From IMG/VR virus record IMGVR_UViG_3300032330_001040, positions 1-64,000 of that record: a stretch of DNA of 64,000 bases; one strand, 5' to 3'. The translations under genes and the position numbers were made by a program. Origin of the DNA: a virus (taxonomy: Duplodnaviria > Caudoviricetes). This document shows, piece by piece, positions 32,501 to 41,365 of this stretch. The notes beneath the pieces were generated by a model. That model searched no databases and was not told where the DNA came from. It was given only the letters and a program-made list of their open reading frames with translations. How positions within the stretch are numbered: the first letter of the stretch is position 1; the number at the start of each line of letters is the position of its first letter.

Positions 32501-33945
32501 TGGCTACCAATAATAATTTTAATATTAAAAATGGTTTAACAGTTTCTAGTGCATCATCTAATACTTCTGTTATTAATTCTAGTGGTGTTTGGACAGGACC
32601 AACAACAAATATTCAAGGCGCTCAAGGACCTCAAGGTACACAAGGTGTACAAGGTGCCACAGGACCTCAAGGTTATCAAGGTTCACAAGGTGCAACAGGA
32701 TTTCAAGGCGTAGCTGGTGTTCAAGGTGCTCAAGGTCCAAATGGTAATCAAGGTGCTCAAGGTGTGTCTGGTGTTCAAGGTGCTCAAGGTGCTACCGGTC
32801 CACAAGGTTCACAAGGACCTGCTGGCGCTCAAGGTGCGCAGGGTTCATTAGGAGCTCAAGGCACAATAGGAAATTCAGGTGTTCCAGGAACTCAAGGTGC
32901 CACAGGTTCTACAGGTGTACAAGGTGCACAAGGTAATGCTGGCGCTCAAGGTTCTTCAGGTTTTCCTGGACCTTCAGGTCCATCTGGTGTTCAAGGTGCT
33001 CAAGGACCTACAGGTATGGCTGGTTTTCCAGGTCCTCAAGGTGCACAAGGTGTACAAGGTGCTCAAGGTGCTCCAGGTTCTTTAGGTGCTCCTGGTATTC
33101 CAGGTGTTTCGGGACTTCAAGGACCTACTGGTTCTTCAGGTGCTCAAGGTCCAGCAGGACCACAAGGTGTTCAAGGCCCCGCAGGTCCTACAGGACCACA
33201 AGGTGTTCAAGGTTTTCAAGGTGCTGGAGGTTCTTTAGGTGCTCCTGGTAGACAAGGACCTTCTGGTGCTCAAGGTCCGGCAGGATTTCCAGGACCAACA
33301 GGAACAACTGGACCTACAGGTAGTACAGGATTTCCAGGACCTTCAGGCCCAGCCGGTGCTCAAGGACCTACAGGTTTTACAGGCAGACAAGGTTCTACAG
33401 GAAGTCCAGGTCCTTCCGGTGCTCAAGGACCAGCAGGCGGTACAGGTAGTACCGGACCTCAAGGTCCAACAGGACCTACAGGACCTACAGGTCCATCAGG
33501 AACATCTCCTTCAAGTTTATCAACATCAGTTAGTGCTTTAGGTGTAAATACTGCCGCAGTTACCACAGGATGGTTACATGCAACAGGTGATATTGTTGCT
33601 TATTATTCCGACATACGACTTAAAGATAATATTGAAACTATTAAAAATGCCGGCGATAAATTATATACACTTAATGGAATTTTTTACACACAAAATAAAT
33701 TTGCTGAACAGTTTGGTTATAATGATTATAAAAGGCAAGTTGGTTTAATTGCACAAGAAGTTCAAAAAATTATGCCAGAAGTTATTAAACCAGCACCGTT
33801 TGATGTAGATGAAAATGGTAATAGTAAATCAGGTGAAAATTATTTAACTATTCAATATGAAAGATTAATTCCACTTATTGTAGAAACTATAAAAGAACAA
33901 CAAAAAGAAATTGAAGAATTGGAAAAGTTAAATGGCCACCAATAA
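32500..33945 (+). CDS. Collagen fibre chain B (98 triplets) with S74 chaperone
   Basis: FNIKNGL anchor; collagen 32617-33498; [13 protein letters not shown]. Confidence 0.9.
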   Translation: MATNNNFNIKNGLTVSSASSNTSVINSSGVWTGPTTNIQGAQGPQGTQGVQGATGPQGYQGSQGATGFQGVAGVQGAQGPNGNQGAQGVSGVQGAQGATGPQGSQGPAGAQGAQGSLGAQGTIGNSGVPGTQGATGSTGVQGAQGNAGAQGSSGFPGPSGPSGVQGAQGPTGMAGFPGPQGAQGVQGAQGAPGSLGAPGIPGVSGLQGPTGSSGAQGPAGPQGVQGPAGPTGPQGVQGFQGAGGSLGAPGRQGPSGAQGPAGFPGPTGTTGPTGSTGFPGPSGPAGAQGPTGFTGRQGSTGSPGPSGAQGPAGGTGSTGPQGPTGPTGPTGPSGTSPSSLSTSVSALGVNTAAVTTGWLHATGDIVAYYSDIRLKDNIETIKNAGDKLYTLNGIFYTQNKFAEQFGYNDYKRQVGLIAQEVQKIMPEVIKPAPFDVDENGNSKSGENYLTIQYERLIPLIVETIKEQQKEIEELEKLNGHQ

Positions 33946-35356
33946 TAATTTTATTGTTAAAAATGGATTAGCTATTGCTAATACCACATCCAATACTGTT
34001 GTAATTGCTGCTAACGGTGTTTGGGTTTCTTCACAATCATCCTATAGTGGTTATCAAGGTCCTCAAGGACCACAAGGTGCATCAGGTGTTCAAGGACCAC
34101 AAGGTTCTGTAGGTACACAAGGTCCTCAAGGTGCACAAGGTACTGTTGGTCTTTCAGGATTTCAAGGCGCAATAGGTTTTACAGGTGCTCAAGGTACACA
34201 AGGACCAACAGGCGCTCAAGGTTCTTCAGGTTTTCCTGGACCAAATGGCGTTCAAGGACCGGCAGGAGTTGCAGGCGTTCAAGGTAATTTAGGTCCTCAA
34301 GGTAGTCAAGGACCTACTGGTGCTCAAGGTCCACAAGGTTTTCAAGGACCTTTAGGTTCACCTGGTGTTCAAGGACCATTAGGTGCATCTGGTGTACCTG
34401 GCGCTCAAGGCACACAAGGTTCTCTTGGCCCTCAAGGTTTTATGGGAGCATCTCCAACAGGACCTCAAGGATTTCAAGGAAACTTAGGTTCACCTGGTGT
34501 TCAAGGAGCTCAAGGCAGACAAGGACCACAAGGTTTTCCTGGACCAAATGGCGTTCAAGGACCTGCTGGTCCAGCCGGCTTTCAAGGACCTGTAGGTTCT
34601 CCTGGTTCTCTTGGTAGACAAGGTGTTCAAGGACCAACAGGTGCTCAAGGCCCAGCTGGCGCTCAAGGACCACAAGGCCCCGCAGGTGTTCAAGGTTCTA
34701 CAGGACCTAGTGGCGTTCCGGGTACAACAGGCCCACAAGGAACTTTTGGCGCTTCAGGATCCACAGGTCCTCAAGCGGCTTCAGGTGCACAAGGTCCTCA
34801 AGGACCACAAGGACCTACAGGACCATCTGGTGCTCAAGGACCAACAGGTGGTACAGGTGCAACAGGACCTACAGGACCTACAGGAAGTCCAGGTGGTACG
34901 GGACCAACAGGTCCTCAAGGACCTTCAGGAGGTTCAGTAACACAAGTTGTTGCATTAAATGTTAACACTTCTGGTGCACCAACTGGTTATGTTTATGCTA
35001 CATCAGATATAACCGTTTTTTATTCTGATAAGAGATTAAAAGATATTGAAACAAACATACAAGAAGCATTACAAAAAGTAAATGAATTAAATGGTGTATA
35101 TTATGAACAGAACGATTTAGCTAAAAAGATGGGTTATAATAATGATGGTGAAAAACAAATAGGTTTAATTGCTCAGAATGTTCAGAAAGTTTTACCAGAA
35201 GTTATAGGATTGGCGGCTTTTGACACAGATAAATATGGACAGAGCAAATCAGGAAATAACTATTTAAGTATAAAATATGCAAAAATAGTACCTCTTTTAA
35301 TTGAAGCTCTAAAGCAACAGAAAGAACAGATAGAATATATTAAATCAAAAAAGTGA
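33932..35356 (+). CDS. Collagen fibre chain C (293-aa helix, two imperfections) with S74 chaperone
   Basis: FIVKNGL anchor; collagen 34049-34927; [13 protein letters not shown]. Confidence 0.9.
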   Translation: MATNNNFIVKNGLAIANTTSNTVVIAANGVWVSSQSSYSGYQGPQGPQGASGVQGPQGSVGTQGPQGAQGTVGLSGFQGAIGFTGAQGTQGPTGAQGSSGFPGPNGVQGPAGVAGVQGNLGPQGSQGPTGAQGPQGFQGPLGSPGVQGPLGASGVPGAQGTQGSLGPQGFMGASPTGPQGFQGNLGSPGVQGAQGRQGPQGFPGPNGVQGPAGPAGFQGPVGSPGSLGRQGVQGPTGAQGPAGAQGPQGPAGVQGSTGPSGVPGTTGPQGTFGASGSTGPQAASGAQGPQGPQGPTGPSGAQGPTGGTGATGPTGPTGSPGGTGPTGPQGPSGGSVTQVVALNVNTSGAPTGYVYATSDITVFYSDKRLKDIETNIQEALQKVNELNGVYYEQNDLAKKMGYNNDGEKQIGLIAQNVQKVLPEVIGLAAFDTDKYGQSKSGNNYLSIKYAKIVPLLIEALKQQKEQIEYIKSKK

Positions 35357-35368
35357 AAGTGAATTATT

Positions 35369-35941
35369 ATGAATGGTGAATGGTGTTACTTTAAATCATA
35401 TTTTTCTCCAGAAAATTGTCAAAAAATTATTGATGATGCGGCAGATATACCGGTACAAGACGGCATTTTAGGTACTGGTGAAAATACTACGGTAGATTTA
35501 TCTTTTAGAAGAAGTAAAATTCGGTTTGTTAATTCTGACAATCCAAAATTTACTTGGTTATTTGATGAGTTATGGAAAACAGCTCTACAAGCAAACAGAG
35601 ATTTTTTCAATGTGCATATTACAAGATTACCATTTATTCAAATTGCTGAATATAATTATCTTGATAAAGGTGAATACAAAGAACATCATGATGTTTTTTG
35701 GTTAAACAATGATCCAATATACCACAGAAAACTTTCCTGTATTATTCAATTAAGCGACCCAAATGATTATCAAGGTGGTGATTTTGAAATTACAGAAGGT
35801 GTGGCGCCCCTCGATAAAGAAATTAAAAATCAAGGTTCAATCATTTACTTTCCTTCAATGTTTAGGCATCGTGCAAACCCTGTCCTAAGGGGTACTAGAT
35901 ATAGTGTAGCAGCCTGGTTTGAAGGACCTAAGTGGAGATAG
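35369..35941 (+). CDS. 2OG-Fe(II) oxygenase (prolyl-hydroxylase-like superfamily)
   Basis: HHD...RKLSCIIQLSDPNDYQGGDF...FPSMFRHRANPV.RGTRYS..AW. Confidence 0.9.
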   Translation: MNGEWCYFKSYFSPENCQKIIDDAADIPVQDGILGTGENTTVDLSFRRSKIRFVNSDNPKFTWLFDELWKTALQANRDFFNVHITRLPFIQIAEYNYLDKGEYKEHHDVFWLNNDPIYHRKLSCIIQLSDPNDYQGGDFEITEGVAPLDKEIKNQGSIIYFPSMFRHRANPVLRGTRYSVAAWFEGPKWR

Positions 35942-35942
35942 A

Positions 35943-36662
35943 ATGAATGATATTGTTATGGAAGTTGAGCCTTTTAAATATTTCATAGTTGATAATTTTT
36001 TACCATTAAATACAGCCAAAAAACTCTCAATAGAATTTCCTGATTTTGATTCATCAATTTGGTATGATTATGATAATCCATTGGAAGTAAAAAAGACAAT
36101 CAACAATTGGTTTCATTTCCCACCATTAACGTATAAACTATTCAATGATTTAAATGGCATTGAATTTACTGATTCATTAAAAGATTTTATGGATTTAGAA
36201 AGTCTTTATTCTGATATGGGTTTATATGGAGGCGGCTGGCACATTCATGGTCGTGGTGGAAAATTAAATGTACATCTTGATTACGCTGTACATCCAAAAT
36301 TGAACCTAGAACGTAAACTCAATCTCATTTTATACCTAACACCAGATTGGGATCCAAAATGGGGTGGTAATTTAGAGTTCTGGTCACACGATGAAAAATT
36401 AAACAAACCAAAAGAAAAAATTAAAACAATTGATTGTGTTTTTAATCGTGCTGTTATTTTTGATACATCACAAAACTCATGGCATGGTTTCAATGAACCA
36501 ATTAATTGTCCTGAAGGTGTGTATAGAAAAAGTGTGGCAACATACTATCACACAGATTTATCTCCAACTACACCAAAAAGAAAAAGAGCATTATATAGTC
36601 CATCAAAAGAACAAGAGAATGATAAAGAAATATTAGAATTGATTGAAAAGAGAGCAAAATAA
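35943..36662 (+). CDS. 2OG-Fe(II) oxygenase (2OG-FeII_Oxy_3 / prolyl hydroxylase-like)
   Basis: GGKLNVHLD, LNLILYL..DW...WGGNLEFW, FNRAVIF..SWHG, RKSVATYY; ATG 35943 after a GGAG SD. Confidence 0.9.
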   Translation: MNDIVMEVEPFKYFIVDNFLPLNTAKKLSIEFPDFDSSIWYDYDNPLEVKKTINNWFHFPPLTYKLFNDLNGIEFTDSLKDFMDLESLYSDMGLYGGGWHIHGRGGKLNVHLDYAVHPKLNLERKLNLILYLTPDWDPKWGGNLEFWSHDEKLNKPKEKIKTIDCVFNRAVIFDTSQNSWHGFNEPINCPEGVYRKSVATYYHTDLSPTTPKRKRALYSPSKEQENDKEILELIEKRAK

Positions 36663-38386
36663 TGGTTGAAAAAAAATGTAAAATTGTAATGACTACAATG
36701 TTTCAAAATGAATCTAAAACAATTAGAAGAATGTTGGAGTCTTGTTACAAATATATTGATTTTTGGGTAATACAAAATAATGGTTCAACAGATGGTACAG
36801 AAGAAATTGTCAAAGAGTTTTTTACTGAACATAAAATACCTGGTTTTTTATACAATGTGGAAGAAGGTTGGGTTGGATTTGGTTGGAACCGTGACCACTT
36901 AACACAAACTTGCCAAAGTATTGACCATGGTTGTGATTGGATTCTTAAAATGGATTGTGATGAGATTCTACAAGTAGATGATGATTTCGATTGGTCAATA
37001 CTAGATGATACATCAGTTCATTCTTGGGAAATTCCTTGTGTTCAAGGCACATCAACATACACTAGATGTTGGATGTGGAATGCAAAAATGAAATGGAGAT
37101 TTAATCACGACCCATGCCATGAAACTGTCTATTGTGCTGATGAGACTATTGGTGATAATTTTCAAAGAGTTTTATTGCCACAATCATTTAGACAAACTGG
37201 TTTTAACGAAGGTCAAAGTTGGGGAGTACCAACCAAATTTATGAGTCACGCTCTCATCTTAGAAGAAAAGATGATGGTCGAAGATAGTTTTAAAACAAAC
37301 CTATATCATTTTTGGTATATTGGTAAAAGTTATTTTGATGCTTGGGAATCAAATAATTTTCCATTGGGTGAAAGCCAAAAGAAAGAATATGGTCGTAGAT
37401 GTATCTATTATTTTAGTGAATATCTAAATCATACACACAGATTTGATGAAACACAATCAGCACAATTTATTGATGAAGTTTCTTATATGTCTATGTTAAT
37501 GATTGCACAAATCTATGGATATTTTAAAGACAATGAAAAACAAATAAGTTATTTAAAATTGGCAAATTCTTTTGCACCAGGTAGAAATGACCACTTTTTA
37601 TCTTTAGCATATAAGTACCAAGAATTAGGAGATTGGAAAAATATGCATCAGTATACAAGTATTATGATGCAACCCGAAAGAACAAATGCCTACCCAACTT
37701 ATACTAATTTTGTTAATTCAGCTATGTATCATGACGGTGGACCTTTAATACATGACTTGCATCAATTTGCAAGTAGTAAATTACAAGAAGAAAATAATTT
37801 ACACAATGAACATCCACCATTTTATATTAATAAATCATATGGTAAAAAATTGTTTGTTGTGGATAATTTCTACAATGATCCAGACACAATTAGAGAGTTT
37901 GCTTTAAATCAAGTTGAATATAAAGAAGATTTGAGATGGTATAAAGGACTTAGGTCTGTAAGACCATATCGTCCAAAAGGAATTAAAGAAGCCTTTGAGT
38001 TTATTATGGGTGAACCTATTGTGGATTTTGAACAAGGTTACAATGGTGTATTTCAAATTTGTATAGCACAAGACCCACAAGTTTATCATTATGATATGCA
38101 AAAATGGGCTGCCATGATATACATGACACCAGATGCACCATTAGAAAGTGGTACAAGATTACATAGGTCTAAAATTAATGGTGCCAGAAGAGCAACAGAT
38201 GCTGATGCTGATAGAGCTTTCTCTGGTGGATTTTATGATTCTACCAAATTTGATATTGCCGATTCAGCTGGTAACCTGTATAATAGATTAGTCATCATGG
38301 ATGCCAGATGTATTCATTCGGCAGGACCATATTTTGGACAAAACAAACAAGACGGCAGACTGACACATTTATTTTTCTTTGATTAA
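36662..38386 (+). CDS. Fusion: GT2 glycosyltransferase + TPR-like helices + C-terminal 2OG-oxygenase-like (DUF6445-like) domain
   Basis: NESKTI.RML.S...NGSTDGT, MDCDE (DxD), HET; helical middle region; VVDNFY.DPD...HYD...WAAMIY.TPDAP..SGT...YNRLVI...HSA...RL. Confidence 0.8.
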   Translation: MVEKKCKIVMTTMFQNESKTIRRMLESCYKYIDFWVIQNNGSTDGTEEIVKEFFTEHKIPGFLYNVEEGWVGFGWNRDHLTQTCQSIDHGCDWILKMDCDEILQVDDDFDWSILDDTSVHSWEIPCVQGTSTYTRCWMWNAKMKWRFNHDPCHETVYCADETIGDNFQRVLLPQSFRQTGFNEGQSWGVPTKFMSHALILEEKMMVEDSFKTNLYHFWYIGKSYFDAWESNNFPLGESQKKEYGRRCIYYFSEYLNHTHRFDETQSAQFIDEVSYMSMLMIAQIYGYFKDNEKQISYLKLANSFAPGRNDHFLSLAYKYQELGDWKNMHQYTSIMMQPERTNAYPTYTNFVNSAMYHDGGPLIHDLHQFASSKLQEENNLHNEHPPFYINKSYGKKLFVVDNFYNDPDTIREFALNQVEYKEDLRWYKGLRSVRPYRPKGIKEAFEFIMGEPIVDFEQGYNGVFQICIAQDPQVYHYDMQKWAAMIYMTPDAPLESGTRLHRSKINGARRATDADADRAFSGGFYDSTKFDIADSAGNLYNRLVIMDARCIHSAGPYFGQNKQDGRLTHLFFFD

Positions 38387-38389
38387 ATT

Positions 38390-39661
38390 ATGAAACAATA
38401 CAAATTTAGTTTTATCACACCTGAACACAGTCCAGAAAATATACCATATTTACTTGAATTATACGATTCAATTATTAATCAAACATATTCTAATTGGGAA
38501 TGGATTATTTTAACAAATAATAAATGTACTCCACATCATTTACCAGAAAAAATACAAAATGATTTAAGAGTAAAAATATTTCATTGGAATGGACAAACAG
38601 CCAGTATTGGCCGTTTAAAATTAGATGCGTTTAATTTGGGTACAGGTGATATATTAGTTGAAGCCGACCATGATGATATGTTTACTCCAGATTGTTTAGA
38701 AGAATTAAATAAAGCATACCAAGATGAATCAACTGGATTTGTTTATTCAGATAATGCTGTTTATCATATGAAAGATGAATTTGTTCCTTATTCATCAGAC
38801 AATGGCTGGACCTATAAAATGTATAATTGGAAAGGTAAAGATTTGTATGCGATGCATAGTTTTGAACCTTCTAGTCACAGTTTAGGTTATATTTGGTTTG
38901 CGCCAGACCATGTAAGAACATGGAGAGCATCCGTGTATAAAGAAATTGGTGGCCATAACCCCGAATTAGAGATTTGTGATGACCATGAATTGTGTATTCG
39001 AACTTACTTAAAAACTAAGATGGTTCGTATACCTAAGGTTCTCTATATTTACAGAGTTACTGGTGTTAATACATCAATGAACAGTAGAAATGCCGATATA
39101 CAAATTAAAACTGTAGAATTATTTAATCAATATGCAAGACAGTTGGCAGAAAAGGATGCTGATAATAAAGGATTATTAAAAGTAGATATTGGTGGAGGAT
39201 TAAATCCATTTCCAGGTTATGTGACGGTAGACCTTAGAGATACGGCTGATTATCCTAACTGTGATTTAAATGATGGTATTCCTTTACCTGATAATTCAGT
39301 TGGAGTATTAAATGCCAGTCATATTTTAGAACATTTACATGATAAAACCAAAATCATGTCTGAAATACATAGAGTATTGGCACATGGAGGATGGGCTTTT
39401 ATTGATGTCCCTAGTACCGATGGACGTGGAGCATTTCAAGACCCCACTCATGTAAGTTATTGGAATGAAAACAGTTTCTTATATTATACAGATGCTTACT
39501 TAGCTAACTTTATAGACAATAAAAATATTAAATTTCAACAATATAGGAAAGAAACTTATTTTCCAAATGATTGGATGAAAAGTCTAAATGTTTTAGTAAC
39601 AACCGCTTGGTTAGTATCCATTAAAGATGGACCTAGATTACCAGGACTACTGAAGATTTAA
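38390..39661 (+). CDS. Fusion: GT2 glycosyltransferase + class I SAM-dependent methyltransferase
   Basis: SIINQTYSNWEWII, EADHDD, EIGGHN...CDDHELCIR; VDIGGG, SHILEHL, EIHRVLAHGG, QDPTH. Confidence 0.85.
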   Translation: MKQYKFSFITPEHSPENIPYLLELYDSIINQTYSNWEWIILTNNKCTPHHLPEKIQNDLRVKIFHWNGQTASIGRLKLDAFNLGTGDILVEADHDDMFTPDCLEELNKAYQDESTGFVYSDNAVYHMKDEFVPYSSDNGWTYKMYNWKGKDLYAMHSFEPSSHSLGYIWFAPDHVRTWRASVYKEIGGHNPELEICDDHELCIRTYLKTKMVRIPKVLYIYRVTGVNTSMNSRNADIQIKTVELFNQYARQLAEKDADNKGLLKVDIGGGLNPFPGYVTVDLRDTADYPNCDLNDGIPLPDNSVGVLNASHILEHLHDKTKIMSEIHRVLAHGGWAFIDVPSTDGRGAFQDPTHVSYWNENSFLYYTDAYLANFIDNKNIKFQQYRKETYFPNDWMKSLNVLVTTAWLVSIKDGPRLPGLLKI

Positions 39662-39665
39662 AACT

Positions 39666-39707
39666 AGTTTCTCCTGTTACATAAATACACTAATAATAGG
39701 AGAAACT
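39666..39707 (+). promoter_or_regulatory. 14-bp hairpin sequestering the gp13 SD, with late promoter CATAAATA (39680-39687) in its loop
   Basis: AGTTTCTCCTGTTA pairs with TAATAGGAGAAACT (one G:U). Confidence 0.85.
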
Positions 39708-39708
39708 G

Positions 39709-40482
39709 ATGGCAACAATAACAAATAGAAACGATTTCAAACAATATTGCCTTCGTAGACTTGGATTCCCTGTCATTGAAATTAACGTAGATGATGACCA
39801 AGTGGAGGACCGTATTGATGATGCGTTACAATACTGGCAAGATTATCACTTTGACGGATTACAAAAAATATATTATGTCAAAGCAATTCAACAAGCTGAT
39901 ATTAACCAAAAATATATTGATTTAAGTAATGTTGTCGATGCTTCCAACAATACGATGGAGATTGTGGGTGTTACCCGTGTATTTCCAATTACCGATTCAC
40001 AGGCAACTATTAATATGTTTGACTTGAGATATCAGTTACGTCTTAATGAGTTATATGACTTCACCTCCGCATCGTATATCAATTATACTTTAACACAACA
40101 ACACTTACGTTCTCTTGAACTTATGTTCACTGGAGAAGTTCCTATTCGTTTCCAAAGACACATGCAAAAACTGTTTATTGATTGGGCATGGGGCACTTCA
40201 CAAGCCAACGTTGGTGATGTTGTAGTTGCCGAATGTTATGCCTCAATTAATCCAAATGTTTATGGTAGAGTATGGAATGACCGATGGATGAAAGAATATG
40301 CCACAGCATTAATCAAAAGAATGTGGGGAAACAATCTCAAGAAATTTGCCGGATTACAATTACCTGGTAGTGTAACATTAAATGGTGACAAAATTTATCA
40401 AGAAGCAACAGATGAGATTGAAAATTTACAAAATCAAATGCAAACTGAATATGGCGCCCCTTTAGAAATTATGATGAACTAA
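39709..40482 (+). CDS. gp13: Neck protein gp13
   Basis: YCLRRLGFPVIEINVDDDQVEDRIDDAL; WMKEYATALIK..WGNNL.KF.GLQLPG. Confidence 0.95.
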   Translation: MATITNRNDFKQYCLRRLGFPVIEINVDDDQVEDRIDDALQYWQDYHFDGLQKIYYVKAIQQADINQKYIDLSNVVDASNNTMEIVGVTRVFPITDSQATINMFDLRYQLRLNELYDFTSASYINYTLTQQHLRSLELMFTGEVPIRFQRHMQKLFIDWAWGTSQANVGDVVVAECYASINPNVYGRVWNDRWMKEYATALIKRMWGNNLKKFAGLQLPGSVTLNGDKIYQEATDEIENLQNQMQTEYGAPLEIMMN

Positions 40483-40483
40483 T

Positions 40484-41365
40484 ATGGCAACTTCAGTATA
40501 TTTTAATAATTACAACTCAACAGGTGAACAACACCTTATAGAAGATTTAATTGTTGAATCAATTAAAATCATGGGGTTTGATGCATTTTATATGCCAATT
40601 TTTAATCCTGAAGATAGAGACATTTTATATGGAGAAGATCCAGTTAAAAAATTTAAAACTTCTTATCCATTAGAAATGTACCTATCAGATTCTTCTGGTT
40701 ATGAAGGTCAACAAGATTTCTTTTCTAAGTTTGGTTTAGAAATTCGAGACGTTGTTAAAGTAATATTATCAAAAAGGTCATTTGAACAAAGATTGCCTCA
40801 AGGAATATTAACAAGACCTAGAGAAGGTGATTTAATATATGTACCTTTCTTAAATGGTACTGGTGAATTGTATGAGATTACTTTCGTTGAACAAGCCAAA
40901 GATTTTCATCAATTAGGAAGAAAAGCACCATATTTCTATGAATTAAACCTTGAGAAATTCAAGTACTCACAAGAAATTATTAACACAGGTATGGCAGATA
41001 TTGATAAAGTTTCTAATGATTCTTCTTATACATTACATTTAAATACTGGAACTGGAACAGGTGTTTATACAATTCAAGAAATTATATATCAATCTTTAGA
41101 CGGCACATACGCAAATGCAAATACAGTTGCATATGTACAGTCTTGGATTCCAAGTTCAAATACATTATCAGTTACAAATATTGCTGGCGAATTTATTGAT
41201 GGAAGGTTGTTAATTGGTAAAACAAGTAATGCTCGTTATACATTAACATCATTTGATCCATTACAATCACCAGCACACTTAGAAGTATATGATAATTTTT
41301 ATCTTGCTAACACAGCGAATTCTATTATAGATTTCTCTGAATCTAATCCTTTTGGTTCAATCTAA
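40484..41365 (+). CDS. gp14: Neck protein gp14
   Basis: EQHLIEDLIVESIK, SKFGLEIRD, RPREGDLIY, DFSESNPFG. Confidence 0.95.
   Translation: MATSVYFNNYNSTGEQHLIEDLIVESIKIMGFDAFYMPIFNPEDRDILYGEDPVKKFKTSYPLEMYLSDSSGYEGQQDFFSKFGLEIRDVVKVILSKRSFEQRLPQGILTRPREGDLIYVPFLNGTGELYEITFVEQAKDFHQLGRKAPYFYELNLEKFKYSQEIINTGMADIDKVSNDSSYTLHLNTGTGTGVYTIQEIIYQSLDGTYANANTVAYVQSWIPSSNTLSVTNIAGEFIDGRLLIGKTSNARYTLTSFDPLQSPAHLEVYDNFYLANTANSIIDFSESNPFGSI

Noticed and set aside
23295-34940. Alternative-frame and minus-strand ORFs over the collagen tracts (KVLKD/VHKV-type repeats)
   Set aside because: By-products of stop-poor Gly-X-Y codon repeats; no SD, and they overlap clear genes
35228-35235. GATAAATA inside chain C as the promoter of the modification cassette
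   Set aside because: Intragenic 8-mer in AT-rich DNA; chance occurrence is likely and there is no supporting evidence
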